Notes: generated from the letters alone by a model not told the origin. DNA of 64,000 nt from Candidatus Sumerlaeaceae bacterium (GCA_051003195.1 JBPCLP010000005.1:19605-83604), one strand, 5' to 3'. Numbered from the stretch's first letter, positions 1 to 10,152 are shown. Program-made: numbers and translations.

Positions 1-1529
1 CGACCGAGCCTCTGCGTTTCCTCCTGTCGCGAACGATACGTTCCCGATACCTGGATTGCGACGTTCGCGTCTGGAAGATCGATTGCAAAGTTCGCGACCT
101 TTGAGACGATCAGCACCTTGATTTTGCCCTCTTTAAAATCCCCGTAAATCGCTTCACGCTCCTGGTTGGGCGTTGCGCCAGTGATAATGGGTGCATCCGT
201 CATTTGCTGAATCTGGTCGAGCTGGCCCAGATACTGCCCGATTACCAGCACCCGGTCATTTGAATGCCGCTTCAGCAATTGCTCCACAATCTTGAGCTTC
301 GCCGGGTTCTCCATCGACAGCCTGTACTTGGCGCGCAACTCGGCAACCGCGTACTCGAGCTTCAGCTCCTCGCACATGGGTACCCGGATCTCGGTACAGA
401 TGGCTTCCGCGATCCATCCCTGGCGTTCCAGCTCTTTCCATGGCTTGTCGAATTTCTTCGGCCCGATCAGCGAGAAAACATCGTCTTCCTTATTATCCTC
501 GCGTACCAGGGTCGCAGTCAGTCCAAGTCGTCGCCGCGCCTGGATTTCCGCGACCGCGCGAAACACCGGTGCGGGCAACATATGCACTTCATCATATATA
601 ATGAGACCCCAGTTGTGCTTCTGGAACAGGTCCATATGCGCGAATTCGTCGCTCTTGCGCTTCTTGTAGGTTAAAATCTGGTAAGTTGTAACGGTGACGG
701 GTTTCACATCCTTCAGTTCACCGCTGTATTCACCAATCTGGTCTTCCCGCAGAGTCGTCTTGTCGAGAATCTCGCTCTTCCATTGACGAAGTGCGGTAAT
801 GTTCGTCGTCAAAATCAGCGTGTTCTGCTGCACCTTGGACATGCATCCCATGCCAATGACCGTCTTACCGGCTCCGCAGGGTAGAACAAGTACACCACTA
901 CCCCCGTGCGAAGCTCCCCCGGCGTAAAACAATTCAATCGATTCCTGCTGATACTCCCGCACAGAAAACGGGCGTCCGCGTAACGTTACGTCACGAAACT
1001 GGATCTCAAGGTGATCCCCGTCCACATAGCCGGCAAGATCCTCTACCGGAAAACCGAGCTTGATCAGCGCCTGCTTGATCCGTCCGCGAGTCCCCTGTCG
1101 AATGAGGATTTCATTATTAGAAACAAGTTCACCGAGGAAAGGGCGCGTCTGTGAAGAAACCTGGATTTCCTTAAATGCAAACTGGTCGGTGCAGCGAAGC
1201 ATCAGGCTGCCGTCTTCGCGCTTGATAAGCTGCAGCTTTCCGAAACGCGCCATCAGCTCCCGGATCTCGGTGAACACATTCGGCGGGACGTCGTATTTCG
1301 CCAGCCGCGCCAGCCCCTCCTGGATCTGCAACGCCTTCAGTCCGGCAGACGCAGCATTCCAAAGCGACAGAGGCGTAAGGGTATAGGTATGAAGGTACTC
1401 GGGACTTTTCGTGAGTTCGGCGAACTGGTTCAGAAAGGCGCGGGCTTCCTCATAGAGAGGACCCATCGTCTCCAGCAGAATACTCATATCTGACTGGACG
1501 ATAACCGGATTCTGAGGATTGTACGGCAT
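1..1529 (-). CDS. XPB/Rad25-family DNA repair helicase (3' end lies outside the window)
   Basis: Manual translation from ATG 1529 (AGGAG upstream): MPYNPQNPVIVQSDMSILLE...KSPEYLHTYTLTPLSLWNA, Walker A VLPCGAGKT, DEVH. Absent from the ORF track because it runs off the edge. Confidence 0.92.
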   Translation of the reverse strand, partial: MPYNPQNPVIVQSDMSILLETMGPLYEEARAFLNQFAELTKSPEYLHTYTLTPLSLWNAASAGLKALQIQEGLARLAKYDVPPNVFTEIRELMARFGKLQLIKREDGSLMLRCTDQFAFKEIQVSSQTRPFLGELVSNNEILIRQGTRGRIKQALIKLGFPVEDLAGYVDGDHLEIQFRDVTLRGRPFSVREYQQESIELFYAGGASHGGSGVLVLPCGAGKTVIGMGCMSKVQQNTLILTTNITALRQWKSEILDKTTLREDQIGEYSGELKDVKPVTVTTYQILTYKKRKSDEFAHMDLFQKHNWGLIIYDEVHMLPAPVFRAVAEIQARRRLGLTATLVREDNKEDDVFSLIGPKKFDKPWKELERQGWIAEAICTEIRVPMCEELKLEYAVAELRAKYRLSMENPAKLKIVEQLLKRHSNDRVLVIGQYLGQLDQIQQMTDAPIITGATPNQEREAIYGDFKEGKIKVLIVSKVANFAIDLPDANVAIQVSGTYRSRQEETQRLG

Positions 1530-1815
1530 TGAACTCCTGTCTCTCCAGTGGCCTGCGTGGTCCCGGCCATTCTCCTTACTAAGTTTTACAGCCATTGAAA
1601 AGGCTACAACAGGTGAATCGGGCGCATCAAATCGCCAGAAGTACGCCAGCACTCTGGCCACTGATTCAACTGCGGTTCACAGTCAATTTCCTCCCAACTG
1701 CACCTCCAAAAGCATCTATCATTAATGCCTGAGCCCGGATGTCAAATGTCTTGTGTGCAAAACCAGCAAAATAAACCACTTGCGCCAGTCTCAACTCGAC
1801 AGGTTAATTTTCCAA

Positions 1816-2397
1816 ATGCCGCGCCCGGTCTACGCCGCCTTAATTCACTACCCGGTTGTCGACAAACATGGGCATTTAGTCTCAACCTCTATCACAAACC
1901 TCGACATTCATGACATCAGCCGCAGCGCTCGAACCTATGGGCTGGCGGCCTATTATCTGGTAACCCCGATAGAAGCGCAGCACTGGCTCACCCGTCGAAT
2001 TCTTGAGCACTGGGAAACGGGGTGGGGTTCAACCTATAACCCGAACCGGACAGACGCCTTGAGCGTAACCCGACTTGCCACGGATCTGGGTGCGCTGATG
2101 ACACACATCCGTGAGGAAACGGGCAGTTCGCCGCTTCTTATTGGAACCTCAGCTCGTCGTTACCCCAGCAGTACCAGCTTCCCCGAAGTCCGAGCTGTCC
2201 TGAGCAGCGCCGGGCCTCCCGTTTGCCTGCTTTTCGGTACGGGATGGGGTTTGCACCCGGAGATGATTCTTGAATGCGACCTTGTGCTGGAACCCATTAG
2301 CGGATTATCGGACTTTAATCATCTCTCCGTTCGGGCAGCCGCGGCGATTATATTTGACCGCTTATTGGCGGCCAGTTCCAAGGAGGATTCTGCATGA
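1816..2397 (+). CDS. SPOUT-family SAM-dependent RNA methyltransferase (TrmD C-terminal-like)
   Basis: ALIHYPV, TSITNLDIHDISR, LLFGTGWGL, FNHLSVRAAAAIIFDRL motifs. Confidence 0.85.
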   Translation: MPRPVYAALIHYPVVDKHGHLVSTSITNLDIHDISRSARTYGLAAYYLVTPIEAQHWLTRRILEHWETGWGSTYNPNRTDALSVTRLATDLGALMTHIREETGSSPLLIGTSARRYPSSTSFPEVRAVLSSAGPPVCLLFGTGWGLHPEMILECDLVLEPISGLSDFNHLSVRAAAAIIFDRLLAASSKEDSA

Positions 2398-2451
2398 TTG
2401 TTCACCGAGGGAATACTTAGATTCACATCCTATGCGAATAGTGAAGGTTCC

Positions 2452-3942
2452 ATGCTCAAGCTCCCGCTGAAACGTTTCCCGCTCCTGCTTGTGTGTAGTC
2501 TATCCACGCTCGCTGCTCAGAGTCAAACCGCCGCCACCCCTTCACCCACGACAGCAGCCGCCGAACCTGAAAAGGTTCAGACGCGCGAAGAGCGCATCAA
2601 GCAGCACCACGAACGCATCGAGAAGATCATCCAGGAAAACCGCAAGAAAACCGAAGACCAGCAGAAAGCTGCGGCTGCATCGATGGCGGCGGCAACCGGC
2701 GGCACCACCGCATCGGCAAGCGCACCGGCAGGCGGCCCGCTACCCACCGGGCCGATTCAGCCGGCCACCATGGCACCGCCCATCCAGCAGGCGCAGAAGC
2801 AGCCCCAGTCCCAGTCTCCTCAGGCCGCGCGAAGTGAATCCCGCACGATCCTTATGTTCGATCCGATGGATAGCGTCGTCAACATAGGCGACACTTTTGC
2901 AACGAATGTCATCGCAGAGACAAAGACCGGCACCGTGGATTCGGTCTCGATTCTGCTGCGCTACTCGAAGCAGCTTCTAAACCCTTTGGCGCTGGACCAT
3001 CGAGCGATCGACCCGTTGGTCGACGGCGAAGTTCAGTACTCTTTCGATCCTGACGCCGGCGAGATTTATTTCACCGCGCCGCTGAAAGAACCCACCCGGT
3101 TTGCGCTGACACCCCTCATCAAGATTGTCTGGGAGGCGCTTGAAGCAACGGACGGCACTACGATCGGCTTTGGGTTTGACCCACAGCGTCCCAGCGGGCT
3201 GTTCTTTAAGAACAACAACCTGCTCGGCACCGTCCCTAACGCAAATGACGGCGTGATAAAAGCCACTGTGATGGTGCGTTCACCCAAGGCAAAAACAATG
3301 GTATCGAAAGTAGGTGAGAGCGGACTGATCATCAGCTCTCGTGAGTCGCAACCCGCTCCTCCCATCATGCAGTTGCAGTTGGAACCCTCAGTAATTGCTG
3401 TCATGGAAGGCGAAGAGTTCAAAGTCAAAGTCATCCTGCAGAATCAAAGCGGGGCGCCGCTGGATCGGCTCCGCATACTTGCTCGTTTCAACCCGGAGGA
3501 ACTTGAAGTTGTCGACGCGGACCGAGGCAATCGAATCCGCAGCGGTGTGAATATCGAGGAGGGATTCGCATCGGAGAAGTTTCCGTTCGATTTTGCGAAG
3601 TACAACCGCGCGGACAATGCCGCGGGACTGATAACTTACGATGTGGCCTCCGAAATCACACCCGTTCGCGGCAACGGCACCTTTGCAGTTATCCGTTTCC
3701 GGGCTAAGCGTACCACCGGCCATACTGAGATTTCCCTGCTAAAAGGCGCGGACTCGACCGACGTCAGTTACCTGCACCAGACAATGCTGGCCCCGTCCAT
3801 GAAACACGGTAATGTTCTGGCCAGCGTGGGTGTTCGTGTGGATCGCGATCCTGATGCCTCAAAGCGTACTTCCGTTGCTGCCAAACGCACCGAGACCAGC
3901 CCGTTTAGAAGCAGGCTAGGCACTACTTTTCACACCGACTAG
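2452..3942 (+). CDS. Secreted protein with a low-complexity N-region and two cohesin-like domains
   Basis: Signal peptide; two beta-sandwich segments (VNIGDTFATNV...LRYSKQLL; VMEGEEFKVKV...RFNPEELEVVDAD...GTFAVIRFRAK). Confidence 0.65.
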   Translation: MLKLPLKRFPLLLVCSLSTLAAQSQTAATPSPTTAAAEPEKVQTREERIKQHHERIEKIIQENRKKTEDQQKAAAASMAAATGGTTASASAPAGGPLPTGPIQPATMAPPIQQAQKQPQSQSPQAARSESRTILMFDPMDSVVNIGDTFATNVIAETKTGTVDSVSILLRYSKQLLNPLALDHRAIDPLVDGEVQYSFDPDAGEIYFTAPLKEPTRFALTPLIKIVWEALEATDGTTIGFGFDPQRPSGLFFKNNNLLGTVPNANDGVIKATVMVRSPKAKTMVSKVGESGLIISSRESQPAPPIMQLQLEPSVIAVMEGEEFKVKVILQNQSGAPLDRLRILARFNPEELEVVDADRGNRIRSGVNIEEGFASEKFPFDFAKYNRADNAAGLITYDVASEITPVRGNGTFAVIRFRAKRTTGHTEISLLKGADSTDVSYLHQTMLAPSMKHGNVLASVGVRVDRDPDASKRTSVAAKRTETSPFRSRLGTTFHTD

Positions 3943-3948
3943 GGCAAA

Positions 3949-3964
3949 TGGCCTGAGTTTTGCA
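3949..3964 (+). promoter_or_regulatory. Putative sigma-54 (-24/-12) promoter
   Basis: TGGCCTGAGTTTTGCA, GG-N10-GC spacing, about 35 nt before ATG 3999. Confidence 0.5.
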
Positions 3965-3998
3965 CCAACCAAGCTTACGCCTCCCAAAGGAGCATTGA

Positions 3999-4301
3999 AT
4001 GTACCGCGTTAAACTATTAGCTGCCCTCGCCCTGAGTGTGCCTGCTGCCGCTTTTGCACTGGGTGAAGCAGTGGATGTGCACAAGACGTTCCCCTACTAC
4101 TACACCGGCTACTACCAGTATGGCAGCAGCCCGTATGTCGTTGTTCCTAACTTCCGGACCTCGGACACGAACTTCGCCACCATGTCCTCACCCTATTACT
4201 ACCGAAACACTGGTTCAGGCTTCTATAGCAGCCCTGTAACCCGGCGCCCGTGGAGTTTTGGATTTCTCAGTGACGGCTATCATGGTACGTATTACTTTTA
4301 A
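3999..4301 (+). CDS. Small secreted Tyr-rich protein
   Basis: AAGGAG RBS, signal peptide ending AFA, 15 Tyr in 100 aa. Confidence 0.75.
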   Translation: MYRVKLLAALALSVPAAAFALGEAVDVHKTFPYYYTGYYQYGSSPYVVVPNFRTSDTNFATMSSPYYYRNTGSGFYSSPVTRRPWSFGFLSDGYHGTYYF

Positions 4302-4398
4302 TGCACCTTGGAGCGGAACCAGGAGACTTCACTCTGCAGTTGAATTCCCCGCTTTGAGTCTTGACGAACATTAACATTCTAACTGGGCAAAGGTTCTC

Positions 4399-4683
4399 AT
4401 GCTCTTACGCACGATCATAGCAATCTTACTGCTTACCACTTGCTCCACTACTTTTCCGCAGGCGTACGGCGGATTCAATTACGACTATGCCCGGCAGTAC
4501 CAGGGCTTCCGCCGTTATTATAATTACCCCTACTACTACTCATGGGGACCGCGTTATGATCCGTACTGGTCGTACAATTCCAGCTATTTCCCGTACCAGT
4601 ACCACAACGACGGCTCCTATTACGGCCTCGGCTACAGCGGCTACGCGGGCGACGGCTGGTACGGCAGCTACTGGTATTGGTAA
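4399..4683 (+). CDS. Small secreted Tyr/Gly-rich protein
   Basis: Hydrophobic N-terminus, 23 Tyr in 94 aa, mostly TAC codons. Confidence 0.75.
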   Translation: MLLRTIIAILLLTTCSTTFPQAYGGFNYDYARQYQGFRRYYNYPYYYSWGPRYDPYWSYNSSYFPYQYHNDGSYYGLGYSGYAGDGWYGSYWYW

Positions 4684-4701
4684 TACGCTTCCGTCAGCGC
4701 A

Positions 4702-5664
4702 TCAGGCCCACCACATACCACCGCGTTCTTCTTTAAGCAAAATCGGCTGCAAAAACTCAATCGCCTTAGACAATCCCTCATTCACACTCATCATGCTGTC
4801 TTCATGCTCGATGGAAATTGCATCGTCATAACCGACCATACGTAGCGTGCTCACAAAATTTCTCCAGAACAGTTCGTCGTGCCCGAATCCAACTGTGCGG
4901 AATACCCACGAGCGTTGCAGTTCCTTGGAATAATGTTTCGTATCGAGCACGCCGTTGCGCGACGTGTTAATCGGGTCAATGTTTACGTCTTTAGCATGCA
5001 CGTGAAAGATTGCCTCACCGAGTTCGCGAATGGCCGCGATGGGATCCATGCCCTGCCACCAGAGGTGACTTGGGTCGAAGTTTGCCCCGATGTTATCGCC
5101 GGCAGCCGCACGCAGTCGTAGAAGCGTTTCCGGATTATAAGCAACAAATCCCGGGTGCATTTCGAGACCGATATTCACCCCATGCTCGCGCGCAAATTTG
5201 GACTCAGCCTGCCAGAACGGGATCACCTTTTCGTTCCATTGCCAGTCGAGAATCGTCAGGAAATCATCTGGCCATGGACAGGTCACCCAGTTTGGTGTTT
5301 TGTCACCGGGGCCGCCCCCCGGGCAGCCGCTGAACGTGTTTATGCGGCCGATACCCAGTTCAGCCGCCAGGCGAATGGTCAGCCGCTGCGTCTCAGCGTG
5401 AGCCTTCGCGAATGCATCGTCCGGGTGAATTGGATTTGCATGGCAGGAAAGTGCCGAAATGCGAATTCCGCGCTTTTCGAACTGCTGCATGAACTCCTTC
5501 TGGAGCTGCTTGTTGCCGACCAGCTCGGCCGTCTTACAGTGGGGATCCCCCGGATAACAACCGGTTCCGACTTCTACCGTGTCGAGCCCAAGCTTCTGCA
5601 CATAATCTAACGCTGTCTCCAGCGACTGGTTTCCAAAAAGCGCGAGAAAAACTCCAAGGCGCAT
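4702..5664 (-). CDS. Sugar phosphate isomerase/epimerase (xylose isomerase-like TIM barrel)
   Basis: LEMHPG, NFDPSH, HVHAKD, SIEHED motifs; AGGAGG RBS before MRLGVF. Confidence 0.9.
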   Translation of the reverse strand: MRLGVFLALFGNQSLETALDYVQKLGLDTVEVGTGCYPGDPHCKTAELVGNKQLQKEFMQQFEKRGIRISALSCHANPIHPDDAFAKAHAETQRLTIRLAAELGIGRINTFSGCPGGGPGDKTPNWVTCPWPDDFLTILDWQWNEKVIPFWQAESKFAREHGVNIGLEMHPGFVAYNPETLLRLRAAAGDNIGANFDPSHLWWQGMDPIAAIRELGEAIFHVHAKDVNIDPINTSRNGVLDTKHYSKELQRSWVFRTVGFGHDELFWRNFVSTLRMVGYDDAISIEHEDSMMSVNEGLSKAIEFLQPILLKEERGGMWWA

Positions 5665-5809
5665 CCGATCCTCCTGAACGTGGCTGAACTGAACTGCCTC
5701 AAAGAAGTGTCGCCTAAATCCAGAAGCAAATTGAAAAGATGGCAGGCGGCGAGCCTGACAGCACATTTTTCTAGCGTACGCGGGTCGGCAAACTTAGTGC
5801 CTGCATCTT

Positions 5810-7759
5810 ATGCGCAGGTTCCTGATAGTCTTTCACGCTGCCGCAATCTTCGTGCTCGCTGCAGGATTGCGCGCCTGGAGCATGCGATCCGAAGCACCTG
5901 GGTTTGCGGAGATGATGGGCAGTCTGATTGCGCTGCGCAAACCATCCGACTACCTTTCACTCCCGTACACAGACCTTTGTCCGCCTTTGTATTATCTGCT
6001 CCTGCACCCCCTGGCAGCCATCAGCAAATCCATCGATATGCTGCGAATTCCAGCCCTGCTCGGCGGAAGCATGGGCTGCGTCGCCATTTATTTCGCCGGG
6101 CGTTATTTGTATGGAGCTGCTGCCGGGCTCCTGGCCGGCTATCTGCTCGCTCTCCATCCGCTCCATATTTTTTACTCGCAGGAAGCGCAGCCTCTTGCGC
6201 TGTTCAGCGCGGTTTTGGTCGTCGCTTTCGTCTACATGATACGAAGCGCCGAGTCCAACCGCTGGCGCGATTGGCTCATCTACGACCTGTGCCTGGCCGT
6301 TCTGTTCTATTTGCATCGTGAAGCGCTCCTGCTCATCGCAGCATTTCCGCTGCTGCAGCTTATCCGCGCAGCGTTTTATCCTCCCGTTGAAGAACAACGC
6401 CGCATTCGGCGGCCAATGCTGATCCAGGCAATTCTACTCAACCACCTGTTGGTCGGGGCAGTAGCGTTGCCCTGGCTGTCCGTCATGCCGTCAAGGCTGC
6501 CATGGCCGCTGCAGCGTCCGGGTATCTACGAACTGCTGCGTATTTTCTCCCACTATGATATGCGAGGCATGAGTGGCTTTTACGTTCCTTATTCCACCGC
6601 GTTCAGTGTCGCCATTTACCTGCTGTTTCTTCCGCCACTGATTCGCGTAATGCGACGCGGCGATTTTCGAGCATTGTCGCCAATCGCTGCGCTTGCGACA
6701 GCTCTCCTGATTCCCTACGTATACAGCTTGTTTAAAACGCCGCGCTTTGTCGCGAACGAGCAGGCGCTGCTCACGCTCCCATTCTTTGTGCTCGCTGCTG
6801 CGCTGCTGATCTCCCGATGCAATCCCCTCGTTCGCACAATCTTGTTCGCGGTACTCGGCGGGATTTTTCTGACCGCCACTATCCGGCAGGCAATTACGCT
6901 CCAGAAAACTTCCTGGACCGCGATGCGAAACGAAATCATCAAGGCAGCCCCACGCGAGCACGACCTCGCCGTTTTCTGGCCAGATTTTACCGCGCAAATC
7001 GGGCGCTACTGGAATACTTTTTACGGCAAGAAATTCGAAAGCGCTTCAGCGACGCAGTTGCTTGATCAATATGCCACACTCCAGCCTGAAAGCCGAATCT
7101 TTTTCGTGATCTCTCAGTTCCCGAATCGCCAGCCACATCTCTATACATTTCGTGGCGCGCTTGCACAGTATTCTAACAGTAAGCTCTTATACAAAGACCG
7201 CTTGAACATGGTACTCCAGGCTTCGGACCTTGACCAGAAGAACCTGAGTCTCTGGTACAATGATCCGGAATCGCTCAGGGTTGTTGATCAGCCCAGCTCG
7301 CAAACGCAGTTTCTCTTCACAGCGACTGACCCTGTCTTCAAGTCACCTCAATTCGAATGGGAACGCCCCGACCTGACCTACGACTCGAAAGGTCGGCGTT
7401 GCGTGTGGACCAGGACCAGGCATGTCGATCTGAACCTCACGGTGACGCTCGCGCCGGGCTACTATGTCATACGTCTTCACTGCGCGCCCACTTTCGAGCA
7501 GCCGGAATACGACCGGGAGATTCAGCGCGTTGTGAACGTGGAAATGTTGAGCGGTGCTGATCGGCGAAAAAGCGTCGTTCAGGAAGAAACAACCCTGAAG
7601 CTTTCTACTTCCACCGACACCGAGTTGAAGCGCCTGCACCTGAGCATCGACACCGACCCGATGGTAACCGTTCCCGCGCCGGCCCCCGGCAAATACGGGC
7701 TGAAGATTTACTCGATAGCCATAGACCAGGCAGAAAACGCCGAGGCTGGCAGGATTTAG
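5810..7759 (+). CDS. GT-C fold membrane glycosyltransferase (GT39/ArnT-like)
   Basis: PPLYYLLL, LRIPALL, HIFYSQEA; many TM segments then a soluble domain. Confidence 0.8.
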   Translation: MRRFLIVFHAAAIFVLAAGLRAWSMRSEAPGFAEMMGSLIALRKPSDYLSLPYTDLCPPLYYLLLHPLAAISKSIDMLRIPALLGGSMGCVAIYFAGRYLYGAAAGLLAGYLLALHPLHIFYSQEAQPLALFSAVLVVAFVYMIRSAESNRWRDWLIYDLCLAVLFYLHREALLLIAAFPLLQLIRAAFYPPVEEQRRIRRPMLIQAILLNHLLVGAVALPWLSVMPSRLPWPLQRPGIYELLRIFSHYDMRGMSGFYVPYSTAFSVAIYLLFLPPLIRVMRRGDFRALSPIAALATALLIPYVYSLFKTPRFVANEQALLTLPFFVLAAALLISRCNPLVRTILFAVLGGIFLTATIRQAITLQKTSWTAMRNEIIKAAPREHDLAVFWPDFTAQIGRYWNTFYGKKFESASATQLLDQYATLQPESRIFFVISQFPNRQPHLYTFRGALAQYSNSKLLYKDRLNMVLQASDLDQKNLSLWYNDPESLRVVDQPSSQTQFLFTATDPVFKSPQFEWERPDLTYDSKGRRCVWTRTRHVDLNLTVTLAPGYYVIRLHCAPTFEQPEYDREIQRVVNVEMLSGADRRKSVVQEETTLKLSTSTDTELKRLHLSIDTDPMVTVPAPAPGKYGLKIYSIAIDQAENAEAGRI

Positions 7760-9468
7760 AAACCCCTCGCCTGACGATGACTGCCGCTCGTTGACGGATC
7801 CATCTCAACCGTCGAATGCAGCGGCGGTAATGTGATGGTGAACGTGGTACCGCGGCCTTCTTCGCTTTCCAGCGACATCGTGCCGCCCATGTCCTCGACG
7901 TATTTGCGAGACATGGACAGGCCCAGCCCTGTGCCCTTTGAGCCTTTTGTAGTGAAGAAGGGCTGGAAGATTTTCAACTGTTTGTCTTTTGGGATGCCTT
8001 TACCGTCGTCCTGCACTCGAATAAAAATCGTCTGCCGGACGGCATGTGTACTGATCACGATTTTGCCACCCGTACCATCGAATGCATCGACGGCATTGCT
8101 AAGCAGGTTCATGATGGCTTTGTTAAGGCTATCCGGATCAATCCTGCGCTCCGGCAACTCCGGCGCCAACTCAACTAGCACGTCGACGCCCGGCTCTACC
8201 TGGTCCTGCCGGAACGATTGTGCCAGGTCAGTAAGAACGACGTTCACGTCGACGCTAACAAGCTCCGGCGCCGTGTGACGCGAGTAATCCAGCATCTCCT
8301 GGGTGAGGCTCTGCATCCTGTCGATCCCGCGCCTCACAACCGGCCAGAAGCTCTCGATGTCCTCGGTCGCTTTGCGTTTGATTGCGCCGTCCATCAGCTC
8401 GATGCCGCCGCGCGCCAGTTGCAGAATGTTCTTAATATTATGTGCCAGGCCGGCAATCGTCTGTCCCACCGCCGCCAGGCGCTCATTATGAATGTTCTCC
8501 TGCGCGAGCGCCAGGTTATCTAGTGTCATCGCAACCTCATTGCCCAGCGAGGAAGCAAAGTTAAGGTCATCCTCACTGAATGCACGTACCGACTCTTTCG
8601 AATCGAGAAACAGGACGCCGATGATGCTGCGTTTGGATACTAGCGGGACGCACATCGCCGAGCGCACATCGGAAGCCAGTATCGACTCGCTCGCCGCGAA
8701 ACGTGAATCCACACGCACGTCACGGCTTAGAATGGCTACGCGCTCGTCCAGCGACTTCTGCACAATCGTACGGCTGATACTCAGTTCTTCACTGTAGGAA
8801 GGGTCCCGAAAGCGCACGATCAGTGGCTCGAGTTCCTCGGTGGGGCTATCGATTGTGAGGATTACTCCCCTGTCGGCAGGCAGAACTTCAAAGATAAGAT
8901 CCATGACGCTGTTTACGACTTCGTCCTGGTTGGTGGCAGCGCGCAGAATGTCGCTCAGTTTGTAGAGCGTCATCAGCCGCTTGGTCATTTTCTGAAGTGC
9001 GGCGACGTCGTCACGCGACTCGGGAATTCCCGCAGTCTTAAACGGCGTCGAGTCCGTGCTGAGCTGAGTGCTCAAAATCGTGCTGGTGCCAGGTTCGTCC
9101 GTCACAATGTTCACACTGCTGGTGTGCACTTCCTGCCCGGCACGACCGGCAGCAGTGTATTCCTGCGGCTTCAGAAAAGAAAACGTAAAATCCGCACGTC
9201 CAAGGGTGATCACATCACCCTCTTTTACAGCATAGGGATCAGTGACCCGCTCGCCATTAACGAAGGTGCCGTTACTCGAACCGACATCTTCAACAGTCCA
9301 CTTTGCCCCGGCATCCTGCAGTTTCGCATGGTATCGTGAAACGGATTCCACGAGCAGCACGATGGTATTATTAGGATGGCGTCCCAGTGTAACGTTCGGC
9401 GGTGCCAGTTCGTAGAATTGCGGCTCCAGGTCAAGCTCAGCCGATGGGTATAGAAATGCTTGGCTCAT
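7756..9468 (-). CDS. FHA-GAF sensor histidine kinase
   Basis: FHA (LGR, VSRYHA, SSNGTFVNG), GAF (SAMCVPL), H-box AHNIKN, HATPase N/G boxes. Confidence 0.92.
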   Translation of the reverse strand: MSQAFLYPSAELDLEPQFYELAPPNVTLGRHPNNTIVLLVESVSRYHAKLQDAGAKWTVEDVGSSNGTFVNGERVTDPYAVKEGDVITLGRADFTFSFLKPQEYTAAGRAGQEVHTSSVNIVTDEPGTSTILSTQLSTDSTPFKTAGIPESRDDVAALQKMTKRLMTLYKLSDILRAATNQDEVVNSVMDLIFEVLPADRGVILTIDSPTEELEPLIVRFRDPSYSEELSISRTIVQKSLDERVAILSRDVRVDSRFAASESILASDVRSAMCVPLVSKRSIIGVLFLDSKESVRAFSEDDLNFASSLGNEVAMTLDNLALAQENIHNERLAAVGQTIAGLAHNIKNILQLARGGIELMDGAIKRKATEDIESFWPVVRRGIDRMQSLTQEMLDYSRHTAPELVSVDVNVVLTDLAQSFRQDQVEPGVDVLVELAPELPERRIDPDSLNKAIMNLLSNAVDAFDGTGGKIVISTHAVRQTIFIRVQDDGKGIPKDKQLKIFQPFFTTKGSKGTGLGLSMSRKYVEDMGGTMSLESEEGRGTTFTITLPPLHSTVEMDPSTSGSHRQARGF

Positions 9469-9541
9469 GCGCTTTAATCATGATCGTTATCATGCGCAAG
9501 CTGTCTAGCAACAGATTTCCTGCGCGGTTGCCGGCATGGTT

Positions 9542-9557
9542 TGGCACGCTCGTTGCA
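9542..9557 (+). promoter_or_regulatory. Sigma-54 promoter
   Basis: TGGCACGCTCGTTGCA matches TGGCACG-N4-TTGC, upstream of 9605. Confidence 0.7.
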
Positions 9558-9604
9558 CCCATCTCCTCTCAGTTCATTGCTGTAACTAATTCTGGAGGTG
9601 AATT

Positions 9605-9883
9605 ATGGGGATTATCAGCGCGATAATCTTCGGCTTTGTAGCCGGCCTGATAGCAAGGGCGCTTATGCCTGGCCGCGACGCGGCAGGTTTCATCCTGACA
9701 ACGATCCTGGGTATCGTTGGCGCTGTAATTGGCAAGTTTGTCAGCCTTGCCTTCGGTGGCACGGGTGACGTCACTCGCTGGAGCTGGCATGGGTTCTTGC
9801 TGTCCGTCGCTGGCGCCATCCTGGTGCTTGCGATTTATAACTTCGCAACTCGACGCCGCCGCGCCCTGCCGCCGCCCGTATAA
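9605..9883 (+). CDS. GlsB/YeaQ/YmgE family stress membrane protein
   Basis: GLIARALMPG, ILGIVGAVIG, SVAGAILVL; GGAGG RBS. Confidence 0.9.
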   Translation: MGIISAIIFGFVAGLIARALMPGRDAAGFILTTILGIVGAVIGKFVSLAFGGTGDVTRWSWHGFLLSVAGAILVLAIYNFATRRRRALPPPV

Positions 9884-10076
9884 CAGACGTACTGAACCAA
9901 GGTTATCACAGCTCCGTACGGATGGCCGTTAGTCCCGGCTATCCTGCGGGGCGGCTTGTTGTCAGTACGAGTCACCGGTTTCAGCCCGGAGATTGTTGCA
10001 TCCCGAGGTGACGCAATGCAACTGAGGAGTCTACTATTCCGCTCCTCTTCTTTGTCTTCTTTTTCGCAAGGAATGT

Positions 10077-10152
10077 TGGCTGGCGTGCTAGGAGTCGAAC
10101 CTAGAACCCTCCGCTCCAGAGGCGGATGCGCTGCCAATTGCGCCACACGCCA
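10077..10152 (-). tRNA. tRNA-Gln (anticodon CUG)
   Basis: Cloverleaf: acceptor TGGCGTG/CACGCCA, anticodon stem TCCGC-CT CTG GA-GCGGA, TTCGACT loop, encoded CCA. Confidence 0.95.

Noticed and set aside
9878..9980. Integron attC site (TAAC at the gene stop plus a long hairpin)
   Set aside because: No GTTRRRY R' box at the expected distance, no second cassette and no integrase
10077..10100. tRNA 3' end as an integration site for an island
   Set aside because: No duplicate of the tRNA 3' end or integrase noticed in the window
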